This document shows positions 61,620 to 64,000 of a DNA stretch of 64,000 bases, in pieces (position 1 is the stretch's first letter; each line of letters begins with the position of its first letter). Position numbers and translations under genes: made by a program. The stretch spans positions 1-64,000 of the forward strand of contig QZJT01000059.1 of assembly GCA_003597935.1 (NCBI GenBank). The letters run 5' to 3'. The notes beneath the pieces are model-generated. The model was not told where the DNA came from, did no database searches, and saw only the letters and a list, made by a program, of their open reading frames with translations. The stretch comes from Phycisphaerales bacterium (GTDB lineage: Bacteria; Planctomycetota; Phycisphaerae; UBA1845).

Positions 61620-63455
61620 CTATTGCGGATCGGTGAAGCGCACCATGAAACGGCCGAAGTCGGCCAGATCCACGTCGTCGTCGGCGTCCAGATCGGCGGG
61701 CCGGCACTGCGGCTCCACCGGCCCGGCGCCCGGCCCCTTCAGACACGCGGCCCATCGGCCGTAGTCCTCCAGGTCGACCCGGTGATCGCCATTGAAATCC
61801 CCGTGAGAGAACGGCGCCAGGGGGATGGTTTCGGCGGCCATTTCGACCGGACGCGATTTTCCGGTCCTGGACCATTGTTCATAGAGGATGCGTCCCGCGT
61901 CGTTGGTGCGGTTCTCGTCGCGCAGGAACTCGATGTACTCCTTGCTGGCGGTTTGATAGTAGACGCGAACGGTCATCCTGGCCGCGTCGATCGGCAGCAC
62001 GAACAAAGCGTCGTCCCAGTACTGGCCGTCGCTGTAGCCCGCCCCGACGACCGGCGACTGGACCCGCCTGAACCCTTCGTTGGTGAAGCCGCGGGGGGGG
62101 ATGCGATTGTCCTTGTGAATGGCGTTGGCGAGCACGACGTGGTACGTGGGCCCGGGCGGCAGCCCCACCTTGCCCGCCACCAGCCCATCCACGCCCAGAA
62201 CGATCTCATACACCACGGTATCATCCTGCGTAAGTTCCGCCGTCTCGAAATCGTACGCCCCGCACTCGGCGATCACCTCGCCGTCGTCGTTCGTGAACAC
62301 CACGTTGATCCACGCCCGGCGGCCGTCGGGCATGCCGGTGGGCAGCTTGTGGCCTCCCTCGTTGATGACGCGGACCCTGGCGGTATCGCCCGACTGCTCC
62401 ACCTGGAGCGTGACCGTGCGTTTGAGCAGGTCCTCCGCCCGCGCCATGGCCTTGTTCAGTTGGTCGACGTCAACCTCGTCGGGGTAGAGGTTGGCGATCA
62501 TCTTGCCGGTGAACGTGTTGCCGCCCACGGCGCCATGGGCGGCCATGTCGTCGCGCATCGGTCCGAAGGAGGCGGACCGCGAGGTGGTGTCCGGCATGTG
62601 GCAGTCCTGGCAGGTGCTGACCACCCGCTTGTTGCCGCCGAACCGCCCGCCCATGTCCACGCCGTGCCGGGCGAATTCACTTTCTTTCCATTCGCTCGAC
62701 GCCCGCTCCAGCGGAAACATGTCGTACTTGTTCCCGGTTGGATGGGGTTTGCCCATTTCATTCAGGATGTACGTGTCATCCGGCTGGCGGTCATAGAGCG
62801 GGCTGCTGACGTCGTGGCACGTTTCGCAGAGGGCGGGGTCTTCATGGAAAGGAGAAAGAAGCATGGAATGGGGGTTGGGCTCGCCGCGGGGGCCGCGGCG
62901 GCGGTCGTAGGGATCGGTGACGTAGTTGGCGCTGTCGAAGTCGACGGGCCTGTCGCCGAGCTGGTCGAGAATCTGCTTGTCTTCCAGCGGGCTGACGCCT
63001 TCCTGGTAGAAGGGATCCACCATGCGGTGGCAGAAGTGGCAGTTAATGCTGTCCCGGTCTGACCGGTTGATCCTCGACCCGTCCGTGGGGAATCCGCGCC
63101 CTGAAAGCCAGGCCCGTGGCACGTGACAGCGGATGCACATGTCTCCGATGAACGGCGTGTCTTGCTCGGAGATCGCCAGGCAGGCGTACCACATCGGGTC
63201 CCGCCCCGACTGGGCGTGCATGCTGCCCGACCAGGGCTTGTTAATGTGTATGCGCTCGTCATCCCCCCCGTGACACATGCCGCAGTTGGCGCTGGAGAGG
63301 AACTGCTCGTAGGGGTCGCCCCACTGGGTGCCCGCGCGGTAGAAGTCCTCGAGCGTGGTGGAGGCGGCTGTGGGGGGTCCAACCGGCGCTCGTCCCCGAG
63401 CGAACTGGACCACCACCACGCAGCAGCAAAGGACACAGAGTTTCGCGGTTCGCAT
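61620..63455 (-). CDS. Secreted pentahaem c-type cytochrome with a C-terminal dockerin-like double Ca-binding repeat
   Basis: ATG at 63455 with GGAG upstream. Signal peptide MRTAKLCVLCCCVVVVQFA. Five CxxCH motifs (CGMCH, CIRCH, CHFCH, CETCH, CQDCH). C-terminal DFNGDHRVDLED and DLDADDDVDLAD repeats. Confidence 0.8.
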   Translation of the reverse strand: MRTAKLCVLCCCVVVVQFARGRAPVGPPTAASTTLEDFYRAGTQWGDPYEQFLSSANCGMCHGGDDERIHINKPWSGSMHAQSGRDPMWYACLAISEQDTPFIGDMCIRCHVPRAWLSGRGFPTDGSRINRSDRDSINCHFCHRMVDPFYQEGVSPLEDKQILDQLGDRPVDFDSANYVTDPYDRRRGPRGEPNPHSMLLSPFHEDPALCETCHDVSSPLYDRQPDDTYILNEMGKPHPTGNKYDMFPLERASSEWKESEFARHGVDMGGRFGGNKRVVSTCQDCHMPDTTSRSASFGPMRDDMAAHGAVGGNTFTGKMIANLYPDEVDVDQLNKAMARAEDLLKRTVTLQVEQSGDTARVRVINEGGHKLPTGMPDGRRAWINVVFTNDDGEVIAECGAYDFETAELTQDDTVVYEIVLGVDGLVAGKVGLPPGPTYHVVLANAIHKDNRIPPRGFTNEGFRRVQSPVVGAGYSDGQYWDDALFVLPIDAARMTVRVYYQTASKEYIEFLRDENRTNDAGRILYEQWSRTGKSRPVEMAAETIPLAPFSHGDFNGDHRVDLEDYGRWAACLKGPGAGPVEPQCRPADLDADDDVDLADFGRFMVRFTDPQ

Positions 63456-63834
63456 CGGCTCGGCTCCAAACGCACGTCCACGAGACACGCACCCCGGCGG
63501 GGCACGTGCATCCCTCACCGTGGCGTCGGCACGCCGACTCCACGGTGAACGCTGTTCTGGCTCCGGCCCGATGCACAATCCAAACGGCTCACGGCCTCGC
63601 GCATCAAGCGATGCTTCGCCTGCCGCGAGGCGCCCGTTCGGATCGTACTCTGGCAAAACGCGCGCGACAGTCACGACCACCGTGGTGGCCCCGGCCCGTC
63701 GCGTGTTCCGATACGTCCACTCTACCGGGTTGCACGAGGGAATGCAAGGCCGGGAATTCGCCCATCCCACCCCGCGCAACGTCTGCGGCCGGCAGCGCCG
63801 CCGAGTCGGGCGCACGGTGCTCATTCCACGATCG

Positions 63835-64000
63835 TCGAAGGCGGCAGGTCGCTGCGATGGGGGCCGATGCTGAAGGGTTCGACGACGATCAGGCGCGGAC
63901 CGGCGGGCGACGCCCACGTCTCGACGCCGACCACTTCGAACATCGTGGCCGGAGGGGGGACGGGTTTGCCCACGCGAAGATGAATGGTCGCGAAGCGGGC
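63835..64000 (-). CDS. 3' end of a hypothetical gene that continues beyond the window
   Basis: Open frame reading ...MFEVVGVETWASPAGPRLIVVEPFSIGPHRSDLPPSTIVE-stop. Only the C-terminal 55 codons are visible. Confidence 0.3.

Overview
High-GC (about 68%) bacterial chromosomal segment. The gene content (FxsA, flotillin/NfeD, two ECF sigma/anti-sigma modules, HEAT and HDOD signalling proteins, a dockerin-tagged multihaem cytochrome c, many signal-peptide proteins, PFOR) and the dense short tandem arrays are compatible with a Planctomycetota-like organism; that assignment is inference only. I call about 50 protein genes, one tRNA-Leu(CAA), one TPP riboswitch, two type II toxin-antitoxin pairs and two probable pseudogenes. 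Housekeeping genes include miaA, gatC, rnc, murJ, thiC, moaD-moaE, nth and a 1201-aa pyruvate:ferredoxin oxidoreductase. Many long ORFs in the six-frame track are antisense shadows of real genes in high-GC DNA and were rejected. The most interesting signals are non-genic or sub-genic. (1) A dispersed GC-hairpin repeat family (consensus TCCGCGCGGGCTGAAGCCCGCGGCTCGCTGG, at least 10 copies) is twice inserted in-frame inside coding sequences (an FAD oxidoreductase and ThiC), adding EPRASARAE-type peptide loops, analogous to Rickettsia palindromic elements. (2) A second roughly 110-bp composite MITE-like element (CCTGGGATCGCCAGGCTCCAGCCTGGCGGC plus hairpin) has four copies; two flank the vapBC cassette and one is bounded by a perfect 22-bp inverted repeat. 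(3) Nonamer (ATGGAC-core), heptamer (GAATRNC) and 15/20/30-bp tandem arrays sit in intergenic regions. Two nonamer arrays are built as direct then inverted blocks. A 30-bp hairpin array lies between a TPP riboswitch and thiC. (4) Two different conserved C-terminal modules (an 85-aa domain ending in CG, and a 65-aa basic 8-Cys domain) are each shared by two otherwise unrelated secreted proteins. (5) A secreted prolyl-oligopeptidase homologue has two of three catalytic residues substituted. (6) A lower-GC islet lies next to tRNA-Leu, with a degenerate tRNA half-copy and an ORF interrupted by a single in-frame TGA. No CRISPR array, rRNA, integrase or transposase gene was seen.
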